From an uncultured Planctomycetia bacterium (GTDB lineage: Bacteria > Omnitrophota > Gorgyraeia > Duberdicusellales > 4484-171): DNA of 39,611 nucleotides. The stretch's first letter is position 1; each line of letters begins with the position of its first letter. The translations under genes and the position numbers were made by a program. Location of the stretch: assembly GCA_964536195.1 (NCBI GenBank), contig CAZHVO010000003.1:1797-41407 (forward strand). Reading direction: 5' to 3'. Below, one piece after another: positions 1 through 8,682 of the stretch. Below the pieces are notes generated by a model. That model worked only from the letters and a program-made list of their open reading frames with translations, was not told the origin of the DNA and made no database searches.

Positions 1-4
1 AAAA

Positions 5-598
5 ATGCAAGTCTCATTGAAAAAATCAATCACTTTAGTTGAACTTCTCATATGTATGACATTATTAGGAGTGATTGTCTTAGGAGCTGTTGCTTTTCAT
101 CTTTCCGCTGAAAGGTTTTTAAGCTCTTCAGAAGGAAAGACCCAGGTATTAAATGAGTTAATGTTAGTATTGCAACATATTCAGAAGAATGTTTTGATGG
201 CGACAGGAGATATAGGTGATGTTGGTATCTGGGTAGCTGGTGCTCCGCCGATTTTAAGAATTCGTCAGGATATTAACGGAGCAACTGGCGTAGTCAATAG
301 GACTCCTGAGAATTATGCTGACGATAGGATTGTCGGCTATCGATTTGATCTTGGTACAGGTGTAATTGATTTTGAGGGCACAGATATTCTTACTAATGGA
401 TTTGTCCAAGAAGCCGGATTTCCTTTTAATATTCGTGCCGGTGCTGCAGTAAACGGAGGAGTCGAGATAACAAATCTTGCTGTAAGGGTAAACCCTGCTT
501 TTCCTGAGGACTCTAACACTAACCCTCAAGTGAGTACTATAGATACTGGTGGTAGTCGCACAGTATACTTCTACTCCTATGTCCACACTTGGCGATAA
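5..598 (+). CDS. Type IV pilin-like protein (prepilin N-terminal cleavage/methylation motif, PilW/PulJ-like)
   Basis: N-terminus KKS|ITLVELLICMTLLGVIVLGAV: basic leader, Glu at +5 and hydrophobic helix; S|I in place of the canonical G|F. Confidence 0.75.
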   Translation: MQVSLKKSITLVELLICMTLLGVIVLGAVAFHLSAERFLSSSEGKTQVLNELMLVLQHIQKNVLMATGDIGDVGIWVAGAPPILRIRQDINGATGVVNRTPENYADDRIVGYRFDLGTGVIDFEGTDILTNGFVQEAGFPFNIRAGAAVNGGVEITNLAVRVNPAFPEDSNTNPQVSTIDTGGSRTVYFYSYVHTWR

Positions 599-623
599 TC
601 TTTAACCTCGACAATAAAGTAAA

Positions 624-652
624 TTTACAAAGATTGTATTTTTTGATATAAT
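624..652 (+). promoter_or_regulatory. Sigma70-type promoter with extended -10, probably leaderless transcript
   Basis: TTTACA (624-629), 17 bp, TATAAT (647-652) preceded by TG; ATG at 659 follows 6 nt later with no SD. Confidence 0.6.
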
Positions 653-658
653 TTTTTA

Positions 659-1351
659 ATGGAGAACTTTCTAAAAAGAATTATCTTATTGGTTACTTTA
701 TCTTTTTGTTTTCATTTAACCTCTCTAGCTGCCCCTTGTTATGGCACAAAGATGCCCGAAGAGGGAAGATTTTTCTGGGGATTCCAAACCCATAGTATAT
801 TCAGGAGGGGTCTAGAGGCTGACTACGGAAAGTTGCGATCAACCCAGCACTTCTTTCAATTTTCCTATGGAATTTGGGATTGGTTATCTTTAGATTTGAA
901 AGGTGGTGCTGGAAATATAAAGCAACACCCCATAGGTAGCGATGAGATTGATTATAACTCTTCTTTTGCCGGCGGTTATGGCATCCGGTTGAAGTTTTGT
1001 GACTGGGAAAGAATAAGAATGGTTTTTGGTTTTCAACACATAAGCATACATCCTAGAAGTGTTCGTTTGGGGGGCTTAAAGCACAAATCAGTCCTAGATG
1101 ATTGGCAAGTGTCCCTCCTAGCCTCCTATGATTTTTCCAAGGTTACCCCTTACTTAGGGGCTAAGTTCTCAAGGGTTGATTATATCCATTGGGTGGAGGA
1201 TAACAGAAAAAGAAGAATGTCCGACTTAACTAAATCAGTAGGAGTCGTCTGTGGCCTTGATATAAATCTTACCGAGAAAACATGGCTTAATTTAGAAGGT
1301 CAATTTATTGATGGTCAAGCCTTAGCATGTAGCTTTAACTTTAAGTTTTAG
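659..1351 (+). CDS. Secreted protein, probable outer-membrane beta-barrel
   Basis: Signal peptide ending TSLA|A, alternating amphipathic strands, C-terminal aromatic motif SFNFKF. Confidence 0.6.
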   Translation: MENFLKRIILLVTLSFCFHLTSLAAPCYGTKMPEEGRFFWGFQTHSIFRRGLEADYGKLRSTQHFFQFSYGIWDWLSLDLKGGAGNIKQHPIGSDEIDYNSSFAGGYGIRLKFCDWERIRMVFGFQHISIHPRSVRLGGLKHKSVLDDWQVSLLASYDFSKVTPYLGAKFSRVDYIHWVEDNRKRRMSDLTKSVGVVCGLDINLTEKTWLNLEGQFIDGQALACSFNFKF

Positions 1352-1358
1352 TCAATGA

Positions 1359-1488
1359 GGCTTGTCCCGCTTTTCGCGGGACTTAGCCGACCCATTCGAC
1401 TTCGCTCAGGGTTGGCACTGAGTGTTATCGAAGTGCCGAATTGATCCTGAGCGACCTCGACGATACGTCGAGGGAGTCGAAGGATCTT
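1359..1488. repeat. Cluster of REP-like palindromes (TTCGAC..GCTCA family plus a GTCCCGC/GCGGGAC hairpin)
   Basis: gtcccgc-ttttc-gcgggac (1364-1382); gccgaccc-attcgacttcgctca-gggttggc (1386-1416); ggcact..agtgcc (1414-1437); gatcctgagcga-[cctcgacgatacgtcgagg]-gagtcgaaggatc (1443-1486). Confidence 0.7.
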
Positions 1489-1499
1489 AATTCATTCCG

Positions 1500-2963
1500 G
1501 TGATTATAAAAGATAAGAATCAGGATTTATTCAATTATTTAGAGGATACCTCTAATGTTAAGGGCAAAGCCTCTTTGCTTTACCGACCTCAAAACAACAG
1601 GGAAGTTTTAGAAAGCTTAAGGGATTGCTCTAGGAAGAAAATTCCTTTTACCTTATCGTCCGGCCATACTGGTACAACCGGGGGTTGTGTTCCTTTAGAA
1701 GGAGCAGTCATTTCTTTGGAAAACTTGAATAAAATTATTGATGTCAATCAAGAAAAACAAATTGTTCATTCTCAAGGTGGTGTAACTCTAGAAAATTTAG
1801 AAAAGGAAGTTAATAAGTTTAACCTAACTTTGCCGGCATCTCCTACTGAGAGTTTAGCTTTTATTGGCGGAGCAATCGCAACCTCTGCTTCAGGAGTAAG
1901 AGGATTCGGCTATGGATCAATAAGAAAATATGTAAGGGCCCTAGAGGTTATTCTAACTACTGGGGAGGTAATCAATATAAAAAGAGGCGAAGTCACTTCT
2001 AAAGGAAGGCATTTTGACTTTGAGCATGAGAAAAGAAGTTTTAAATTTACTATTCCTTCTTATCAGCTGCCAAAGACTAAGTCACAGGCTGGTTATTATG
2101 TTAAGGATAATATGGATTTAATTGATTTATTCATTGGTAGCGAAGGAACTCTGGGAGTTATCGTTTCTTGTGAGTTAAATTTAGGAAAAGTTCCTTTTAA
2201 TATCTTTGATGGGTTAATATTCTTTTCCCAAGAAGCTGATGCTCTTGAGTTTATAGAAGAGATAAAGTGTCTAAAGAGAAAGGGGAAACTAAAGCCAGCT
2301 TGTTTAGAGTTCTTTGATAAAAATTCTTTAGAGCTATTAAGTAGTGAGTATTCTTTTATACCAGATTCTGGGGCAGCAGTTTACTTTGAACAAGAAGTTG
2401 AAGATGAGGCCAGTTTCCAGCCGCTGCTTCTTAAGTGGCAGGAGCTAATTGAGAAGAATAAAGCTTATTTGGATAAGAGTATTCTTGCTGATACTCAGAG
2501 GCAGAGAAAGCGGGTATTTGATTTTCGGCACAAACTGCCTCAGATGATTAATGAATTTTTAAGAGAGAGTAACCAGGTAAAGACCGCCAGCGATATTGCA
2601 GTGCCTGAGGATAAATTTAATCAAATGTATGATTTTTATAAGAAAATCGCTGGTGAAGCAAAAATCAGATATGTAAATTTTGGCCATATCGGAGAGTCAC
2701 ACCTTCACTTTAATTTCTTGCCTTCAAATGATCAAGAGGGCAAGAGAGCTAAAGAATATCTTAAGAAGCTTTCTCAAAAGGCAGTGTCCCTAGGAGGAAC
2801 AGTCTCTGCTGAGCATGGCATTGGTAAGATAAAAAGACCTTATTTAAAGATTATGTATAAGGAATCAGAAATTAAAGAAATGGCTGCTCTGAAGAAATAC
2901 TTTGACCCTTCCTGCCTCTTAGGCCTCGATAACATTTTCGATAAAGAACTCTTGTTGAAATAA
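1500..2963 (+). CDS. FAD-linked oxidoreductase, GlcD/D-lactate dehydrogenase family
   Basis: GSEGTLGV, GHIGESHLH and GGTVSAEHGIGKIK motifs; GTG start. Confidence 0.85.
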   Translation: MIIKDKNQDLFNYLEDTSNVKGKASLLYRPQNNREVLESLRDCSRKKIPFTLSSGHTGTTGGCVPLEGAVISLENLNKIIDVNQEKQIVHSQGGVTLENLEKEVNKFNLTLPASPTESLAFIGGAIATSASGVRGFGYGSIRKYVRALEVILTTGEVINIKRGEVTSKGRHFDFEHEKRSFKFTIPSYQLPKTKSQAGYYVKDNMDLIDLFIGSEGTLGVIVSCELNLGKVPFNIFDGLIFFSQEADALEFIEEIKCLKRKGKLKPACLEFFDKNSLELLSSEYSFIPDSGAAVYFEQEVEDEASFQPLLLKWQELIEKNKAYLDKSILADTQRQRKRVFDFRHKLPQMINEFLRESNQVKTASDIAVPEDKFNQMYDFYKKIAGEAKIRYVNFGHIGESHLHFNFLPSNDQEGKRAKEYLKKLSQKAVSLGGTVSAEHGIGKIKRPYLKIMYKESEIKEMAALKKYFDPSCLLGLDNIFDKELLLK

Positions 2964-2967
2964 ACTC

Positions 2968-3642
2968 TTAAAGTTCCATTCTTTTTTCATCAAAGTAGTC
3001 TAAATCTGTCAAAGGTAGTATTACTGAGGTAGCAATATTTGTTAAGTGGGCAGTGATACGTTTAAAATATCGGGCTATAAGGGTAAAACAGACCGCTTCA
3101 TTAACTGAGAGGTTACTACCGGCTAATTTTTCAATAATTTGGTCGCAACGTTTAGCGATTTTAGTCTTATAATCCCAAGCCTTAGCTGCTTTGGTTTCGT
3201 CGGATTCGATAAAAGCTTTTTTAGTTTCTTTAAAAAGTTCAGATATTTCGACTTCAACGCTATCAAAAAGCTCAAGGTACTTTTCTTTATTCAGAGGACC
3301 TTTCGTTAAGGTGCTTACCTCATAAAGATTTTTGGCATAATCACCTAGGCGTTCAGCATCTTTTACTACACTCATAAGAAGCAAACAAGTCGGTACATCT
3401 TTTGATGGCTGAAGAGATAAGTGTTCAATTACCCGCTTTCGGATATCTTTTTGTAGATCATTTACTTGTCTGTCTATGCCGTAAACCTTATCTTTTAAGC
3501 CTGGCTCTTCTTTGTTGTCAATTAACCTCTTGCATACAGAATCAAACATTATTTGGGCATCATCGAGCATATTTTTAAAATTTTCAAATACCTGATTCAA
3601 AAAATCTTTTCCTTTCCAAAATTGTAATAGATTTTTAAACAT
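2968..3642 (-). CDS. PhoU-domain protein
   Basis: Two helical PhoU-like repeats (KDAERLGDYAKN, RYFKRITAHLTNIA); adjacent to a Na/Pi symporter. Confidence 0.8.
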   Translation of the reverse strand: MFKNLLQFWKGKDFLNQVFENFKNMLDDAQIMFDSVCKRLIDNKEEPGLKDKVYGIDRQVNDLQKDIRKRVIEHLSLQPSKDVPTCLLLMSVVKDAERLGDYAKNLYEVSTLTKGPLNKEKYLELFDSVEVEISELFKETKKAFIESDETKAAKAWDYKTKIAKRCDQIIEKLAGSNLSVNEAVCFTLIARYFKRITAHLTNIATSVILPLTDLDYFDEKRMEL

Positions 3643-3655
3643 AACTCACCTCCCT

Positions 3656-4780
3656 TTATTTCAATACCTTAAAAATAAAAATAAATAATGTCGGTATTAT
3701 GAAAAATGTGACCAAAGTGTATATTAGGGCATAGCGGCGCCTTTTGTAAGCTAAATCACCGAGTTTTTTTGATAGAATTATAGGGATATTTCTCAATATC
3801 TTTATTGGATAAATACAGAGGAGTCCAATTGCATTAAAGAGACAGTGGACAAAAGCTACAGTAAGAGCAGCAATATTTCCGGTAGCAAATGATGCTAAAA
3901 TGGCGGTGACAGTTGTCCCGATATTGGCTCCTATTACTAGAGGATACATTGTCTCAAGGGTTAAAATACCGGCAGCAATAAGAGGAATCATCAAGGCAAT
4001 GGTTATTGAGCTACTCTGAATTACTGCAGTAAAGAAAGTGGCAGCGAAAATAGCTAGTATTCCGTGCTTGCCAATTACATTATTAAGAACAATCTCAGCT
4101 CTTTTTGCTACCATAGTTCGCATCAATTTTACAATATAATACAGGGCAGCAAACAAGAGTATTAGTGAGATAACTAGCATCAAAGTATAGGTTGTGCCAG
4201 ATGAAACTTTTAATTTCATAACTAGATCTTCTATAAAATGCACTATTGGTTTTGTGGCTGCTTTAATCGGGCTAGTGAATTTGATTCCGCCAATGTTGGC
4301 GAAGGCGCCACTCATCCAGCTACCTATTTTACTTAATATGCCGGTAGCCAGTTCAAGGGGGAAAATTATGGCAACACACATTATTTTAAAGAAACCATCA
4401 AGGGTGCCTCCGCTTACAGCTCTTCTAAATTCCTCTCGGCGTCCAATATGTCCTATTGATACTAATATGCCAGTTACAGTAGTTCCGATATTTGCTCCCA
4501 TAACTATCGGGATTGCGTTTGAAACAGTAATCACTCCTGAACCTACCATCCCGACTACAATAGAGGTGGTGGTTGATGAGCTTTGGACAATACTGGTGGC
4601 TAGAATTCCGATAAATAGGCCGATAAAGGGGTTAGAGGTGGTTTTAATTAAGTTTTCAGCAAATTCTTTGCCAAAGCCTTTAAAAGCAACCCCCATAAGG
4701 CTAATGCTTACTAGAAAGAGATAGACAAAGGTAAGGACTAGAAGTATTTTAAATAGGGCTTTGATTTTTTCGCTATGCAT
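3656..4780 (-). CDS. Na+/phosphate cotransporter (NptA/SLC34 family)
   Basis: Duplicated QSSS motifs (VQSSSTTTS, IQSSSIT) and GANIGTT twice; multi-TM. Confidence 0.9.
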   Translation of the reverse strand: MHSEKIKALFKILLVLTFVYLFLVSISLMGVAFKGFGKEFAENLIKTTSNPFIGLFIGILATSIVQSSSTTTSIVVGMVGSGVITVSNAIPIVMGANIGTTVTGILVSIGHIGRREEFRRAVSGGTLDGFFKIMCVAIIFPLELATGILSKIGSWMSGAFANIGGIKFTSPIKAATKPIVHFIEDLVMKLKVSSGTTYTLMLVISLILLFAALYYIVKLMRTMVAKRAEIVLNNVIGKHGILAIFAATFFTAVIQSSSITIALMIPLIAAGILTLETMYPLVIGANIGTTVTAILASFATGNIAALTVAFVHCLFNAIGLLCIYPIKILRNIPIILSKKLGDLAYKRRRYALIYTLVTFFIIPTLFIFIFKVLK

Positions 4781-4804
4781 AGATTTATTGAGGAAGATCT
4801 TGAA

Positions 4805-4868
4805 AAGATCCTTCGACTCGCTTGGTTCGACTAATGCTCACCACATGTCGCTCGCTCAGGATTAATTC
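4805..4868. repeat. REP-like element, inverted copy of the 1438-1488 element with a different centre
   Basis: aagatccttcgactc (4805-4819) and tcgctcaggattaattc (4852-4868) are reverse complements of the arms at 1474-1488 (exact) and 1438-1454 (1 mismatch). Confidence 0.75.
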
Positions 4869-4932
4869 AACTAGACATTTTTTAGTAAAAAAATGTAAGT
4901 TTCATTGAAATTATATACAGAAAAAGGAATCA

Positions 4933-4961
4933 TTGCAAGAAATTTATTTTTAAAGTATAAT
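4933..4961 (+). promoter_or_regulatory. Sigma70-type promoter upstream of pyrE
   Basis: TTGCAA (4933-4938), 17 bp, TATAAT (4956-4961). Confidence 0.6.
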
Positions 4962-4991
4962 TAATGAAATGACGAAGAATCTTAAGCAATT

Positions 4992-5537
4992 ATGGATAAG
5001 AAGAAAGAACTACTAACCCTTCTCAAGAAGAAAGCTTTTCTTAAGAAAAGAATCAAGCTGTCTTCAGGAAGGGTCAGCAATTTTTATATTGACGTAAGAA
5101 AAGTAAGCTTAAGCCCTAAGGGTGTATACTTAATCTCCCATCTTATTTTCAACCTCTTAAAGTCTAAGAAAGTAACTGCTATTGGTGGCCCTACTTTAGG
5201 AGCTGATCCTATTGTTAGCGGGGTTTGCTATTTAGCTTATAAAAATAAGAAAAAGCTAAAGGGTTTTCTTATCCGAAAGTCACCCAAGAAGCATGGTCGT
5301 CAGAAGTTGATTGAAGGTCAAGTTTTGCTTCCAGGAGAGAGAGTAGTCATAGTTGATGATGTGGCTACTAGCGGATCTTCTTTGATTAAGGCTATAGAAG
5401 TTTTAAAAAAGGAAAGAATAAAAGTAGTAGCAGCAGTAAGTGTTGTTGATAGAGAGGAGGGTGCAAGAGAGGCTCTCGCTCGCCACAACTGTTCCCTCAT
5501 TTCTCTTTTTACTAAATTCGACTTTCTAAATAGATGA
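4992..5537 (+). CDS. pyrE: Orotate phosphoribosyltransferase
   Basis: LSSGRVSNFYID, RKSPKKHG loop, PRPP-binding VVIVDDVATSGSS. Confidence 0.93.
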   Translation: MDKKKELLTLLKKKAFLKKRIKLSSGRVSNFYIDVRKVSLSPKGVYLISHLIFNLLKSKKVTAIGGPTLGADPIVSGVCYLAYKNKKKLKGFLIRKSPKKHGRQKLIEGQVLLPGERVVIVDDVATSGSSLIKAIEVLKKERIKVVAAVSVVDREEGAREALARHNCSLISLFTKFDFLNR

Positions 5538-6310
5538 ACCATTCTTTCCGTTTCTCTTTATTCCTTATTCTTTTATTAAGCGGATGTGTCACGACAGAAT
5601 ATAATGTTGGCACTGGTAAGCAAGATGTCTATTTTTATTCCACTGAGAGCGAAGTTATTATGGGACGAAATATCGCCAAAAAGATCTACCAGGAGTTTAA
5701 GATTTCTAATAGCCCTGATGATATCCAGAGACTTAATCGAATAGCCGGTAAAATCGTAGAGGTGCTAGATCGTAAGGAGTTAAGTTATTACTTCTACATA
5801 ATCGATGAGGACCAAGAGGGTAAGCCACAAGTAAATGCTTTTAGCCTTCCTGGAGGGTATTCTTATATATTTAGAGGATTGTTAGATATTTTAGATAATG
5901 ATGATCAGCTTAGCTTTATTCTTGCTCACGAAGTAGGCCATATTGTAAGCCGTCACCATATGAAACGTCTTCAAGCAGCTATGGGATACAATCTTTTAAC
6001 TGTAGTTTCTTCTGTTTCGGGAACGTCTTCAGAGTTTCGGAGAGGTCTTTCTTTTGCTCTTATTCAGATTTTATCCGGGTATTCCCGGGAGGATGAATTT
6101 AATGCCGATGAGTTAGCAGTTAAATATTGTAAGCTTGCCGGGTTTGATCCTACTGCCGGAATAGAGGTTTTAGAAAAACTCTATAAAGAAAATAAGAAAA
6201 CAATACGTCCTTTTTCTTATTTTAGGACACATCCCTATCCAGCCCAGAGAATAAGACATATCAAAGAAACTTTGCAGCTGCCCCTAGGTGTCGATGATTA
6301 TATAAATTGA
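5534..6310 (+). CDS. M48-family zinc metallopeptidase, lipoprotein
   Basis: Lipobox LSGC, NAFSLPGG, HEVGH, YSREDEFNAD, THP. Confidence 0.9.
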   Translation: MNHSFRFSLFLILLLSGCVTTEYNVGTGKQDVYFYSTESEVIMGRNIAKKIYQEFKISNSPDDIQRLNRIAGKIVEVLDRKELSYYFYIIDEDQEGKPQVNAFSLPGGYSYIFRGLLDILDNDDQLSFILAHEVGHIVSRHHMKRLQAAMGYNLLTVVSSVSGTSSEFRRGLSFALIQILSGYSREDEFNADELAVKYCKLAGFDPTAGIEVLEKLYKENKKTIRPFSYFRTHPYPAQRIRHIKETLQLPLGVDDYIN

Positions 6311-6314
6311 CTAT

Positions 6315-6355
6315 TTTCGAATCGGACGCATTCAACCAGACTCTGCTCCCTCTCC
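6315..6355 (-). repeat. Partial duplicate of the tRNA-Ser(CGA) 5' half
   Basis: 39/41 nt identical to 6977-7017; the copy ends exactly at the end of the 7-nt anticodon loop. Confidence 0.9.
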
Positions 6356-6384
6356 AAAAATTTACAAAGTTAATTTCTGGAGAG
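6350..6384. terminator. Hairpin between convergent genes, possible bidirectional terminator
   Basis: ctctcca (6350-6356) / tggagag (6378-6384) closing an imperfect AT-rich stem. Confidence 0.4.
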
Positions 6385-6390
6385 CATTTT

Positions 6391-6852
6391 TCATCTACCT
6401 TCTACAATTAATCCATTAATTATATCAAATTCTAATTTATCGCCGATACTTAATTCAATTTCTTCTACTGTTAGAGCATTTAATTCTAAAACATATTTTG
6501 CCTTTACATTGGGACTGATTATAGGGCATGGTTCTGCCTTGCAAGGTTGAATGTTCTGGCCAATAAAAATTACTTCTTTGTCTTTATTAATCCAAATTAT
6601 ATCTAAGGGTATCAAAGTATTTTTCATCCAAAAAGAATGTTTTCCTTCCTCTTCGTAAACAAAAAGTATGCCCTTATCCGAGTCTAAATGCTCTCCGAAC
6701 ATTAAGCCCTGAGTCCTTTTCTCAACAGTTTGAGCCAATTCAACATTAAAGCTATAGTTTTTAAAACAGACTACGCCACGATTTAAGTCAACACAGGTAC
6801 CCTCAGATGAGCTGAAAAGAAAAATGCTAATTATAACAACTGTCCATTTCAT
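6391..6852 (-). CDS. DUF192-family protein, probably exported
   Basis: VELAQT..RTQGLMF, FWMKNTLIPLDIIW, YVLELNA. Start moved to ATG 6852 (MKWTVVIISIF) because the longer ORF overlaps tRNA-Ser. Confidence 0.85.
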   Translation of the reverse strand: MKWTVVIISIFLFSSSEGTCVDLNRGVVCFKNYSFNVELAQTVEKRTQGLMFGEHLDSDKGILFVYEEEGKHSFWMKNTLIPLDIIWINKDKEVIFIGQNIQPCKAEPCPIISPNVKAKYVLELNALTVEEIELSIGDKLEFDIINGLIVEGR

Positions 6853-6925
6853 AATGAGATACCTATTTAATGAAAAAGTACTCCAGGTCAAAGCTTGAGC
6901 CCGAAAGTTGCTTAGCGAAGTAGAA

Positions 6926-7017
6926 CGGAGAGGGGGAGATTCGAACTCCCGGTCCACCTATTAAGTAGACATCCGATTTCGAATCGGACGCATTCAACCA
7001 GACTCTGCCACCTCTCC
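6926..7017 (-). tRNA. tRNA-Ser(CGA)
   Basis: GGAGAGG acceptor, anticodon arm TCCGA-TTCGAAA-TCGGA, long variable arm, GTTCGAATC T-loop; no encoded CCA. Confidence 0.95.
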
Positions 7018-7022
7018 TGGGA

Positions 7023-7107
7023 TGGTGCGCGAGGGGGGAGTTGAACCCCCATGGTGTTACCCACTAGAACCTGAATCTAGCGCGTCTGCCAATTCCGCCA
7101 CCCGCGC
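7023..7107 (-). tRNA. tRNA-Leu(CAG)
   Basis: GCGCGGG acceptor, CTAGA-TTCAGGT-TCTAG anticodon arm, variable arm, ends ACCA. Confidence 0.95.
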
Positions 7108-7140
7108 AAATGCCTGATAAAGTTCATTAAAACCATATAA

Positions 7141-7192
7141 ACTATATAACCAATTTTATTACCTTTGTCAACTAATTATCATATGCTATAAT
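7141..7192. promoter_or_regulatory. Divergent overlapping promoters (tRNA pair on -, AEC transporter on +)
   Basis: + strand: TTGTCA (7165-7170), 16 bp, TATAAT (7187-7192) preceded by TG, ATG 7 nt later. - strand: TTGACA (7171-7166), 17 bp, TATATA. Confidence 0.55.
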
Positions 7193-7199
7193 CCTATCT

Positions 7200-8147
7200 A
7201 TGGGTATGATAGTGTTAGCAGTTGTCAAGCTTTCTCTGGTAGTTTTATTAGGAGTTTACCTTTTTCGGAAGGATTTCATCAAGGAGAGAAGTCTAAAGTT
7301 TTTAACTTTTTTTGTTATAAATTTTGCTTTCCCTTTTCTAATATTTTCCAACCTCATTGAGAATTCCCAGATAGTATTAGCGCACTCTCTGGGGAGGTTC
7401 ATCGCAATAAGTGTGGGCATTTTTCTATCCGGTTGCATCCTGGGGTTTGTCGCTTCTTTTAGAAGGAGCCGGGAGCTTAGGGGCGAGTTTATCAGCATGG
7501 TAAGTCTTCAGAATGGCGGGTATTTGCCGATAAATATCGCTTTTTTTCTTTTTCCCCCGGGGATACGGGAAAAATTTCTTGTTTTTACCTTTCTCTACCT
7601 TCTTGGCTTTAATGTTCTTATGTGGTCAGGGGTAAGTTTTTTTATTTTCAAGGGCAAGAGGAGAAAGTTTAAATTAAAGAGTCTTTTTATTCCCCCGATA
7701 ACTAGTACTATTGTAAGTTTGATATTAATTTATACTGGGCTGATTAAACTTATTCCATCTTTGGTAATTTCACCTTTAAAGATGGTTGGCGAGACTAGTT
7801 TCGTACTCTCAGCAATAATTTTAGGTTGTTGGTTAGCTAAGATAAGGCTAAAAGGGTTCATAGAGCGATTACCTCTTATAGCTGAAGCCGCAGGTTTAAA
7901 GTTAATAATTTTACCTTTGTTTTTTCTTATAGCTGTGTTGAGTTTTAAGATTTTTTCATTGTTGGGATTATTCATAATCCTGCAGGCTGCTATGCCTTCA
8001 GCAGTTTCACTACCAATTGTAGCTAATTTAAATGGCGCTGATAGCGAATTTGTCTCCCAAGGGGTATTTTTCACCCATATCCTTAGTATATTTACTATTC
8101 CCTTATGGTTGGGTTTATATTTAAAAGTATCAGGATTTACTTTTTAA
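7200..8147 (+). CDS. AEC (auxin efflux carrier) family membrane transporter
   Basis: About 10 hydrophobic segments; QNGGYLP and LQAAMPSA motifs; C-terminal THILSIFTIPLW. Confidence 0.85.
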   Translation: MGMIVLAVVKLSLVVLLGVYLFRKDFIKERSLKFLTFFVINFAFPFLIFSNLIENSQIVLAHSLGRFIAISVGIFLSGCILGFVASFRRSRELRGEFISMVSLQNGGYLPINIAFFLFPPGIREKFLVFTFLYLLGFNVLMWSGVSFFIFKGKRRKFKLKSLFIPPITSTIVSLILIYTGLIKLIPSLVISPLKMVGETSFVLSAIILGCWLAKIRLKGFIERLPLIAEAAGLKLIILPLFFLIAVLSFKIFSLLGLFIILQAAMPSAVSLPIVANLNGADSEFVSQGVFFTHILSIFTIPLWLGLYLKVSGFTF

Positions 8148-8148
8148 G

Positions 8149-8607
8149 ATGAGTAAAATAGCAGCTACAAACAGAAAAGCCAGGCGCGACTATCACATTG
8201 TCGAAACCTATGAGGCTGGTATAGAGCTTAAAGGTAATGAGGTAAAGTCATTGCGGACAAAGAGCTGTACCTTAAATGATAGTTTTGCCCGGATAGAGCG
8301 GGGAGAGCTCTTTTTGTACAATGCCCATATTCCTGAATTTGAGAAGAGCTCATTCTTTAAGTCTGAGCCAAAAAGGACAAGGAAGTTACTTGTCCATAAG
8401 AAAGAAATTAAGAAACTAGTGGGTCTTACTATTCAGAGGGGCCTTACTCTTATTCCGACCAAGATTTACTTTAATGAGCGAGGTCGGGTTAAGGTAGAGA
8501 TTGCTTTGGCTCGGGGAAAACACACTTTTGACAAGAGGAAAAAGATTAAGGATAATATAGTCGAGAGAGAGACCCAGAGAGCTTTAAAAAGGTTCCGCAG
8601 GGGTTGA
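8149..8607 (+). CDS. smpB: SsrA-binding protein
   Basis: NRKARRDY, EAGIELKGNEVKSLR, RKLLVHKKEI, ARGKHTFDKR. Confidence 0.97.
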   Translation: MSKIAATNRKARRDYHIVETYEAGIELKGNEVKSLRTKSCTLNDSFARIERGELFLYNAHIPEFEKSSFFKSEPKRTRKLLVHKKEIKKLVGLTIQRGLTLIPTKIYFNERGRVKVEIALARGKHTFDKRKKIKDNIVERETQRALKRFRRG

Positions 8608-8682
8608 TAAAATATCGCTTTTTTTAACCTCTGATGGTATAATTATCATAATGAGATATTGTAGTCTAGTTGGGAGAGTGAA

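Noticed and set aside
4194-4724. 176-aa + strand ORF
   Set aside because: Antisense shadow of the Na/Pi cotransporter. The other short antisense or overlapping ORFs in the track (for example 254, 337, 5318, 7256, 7730, 11247, 25190, 26889, 36458, 37792, 38017) were rejected for the same reason.
6911-6925. cttagcgaagtagaa as another REP-family copy
   Set aside because: Only a 15-nt match with two mismatches and no flanking stem.
6853-6957. N-terminal extension of the DUF192 ORF
   Set aside because: It overlaps tRNA-Ser; ATG 6852 gives a plausible signal peptide.
8149-8682. tmRNA (ssrA) next to smpB
   Set aside because: The intergenic space is too short and no tRNA-like ends are visible.
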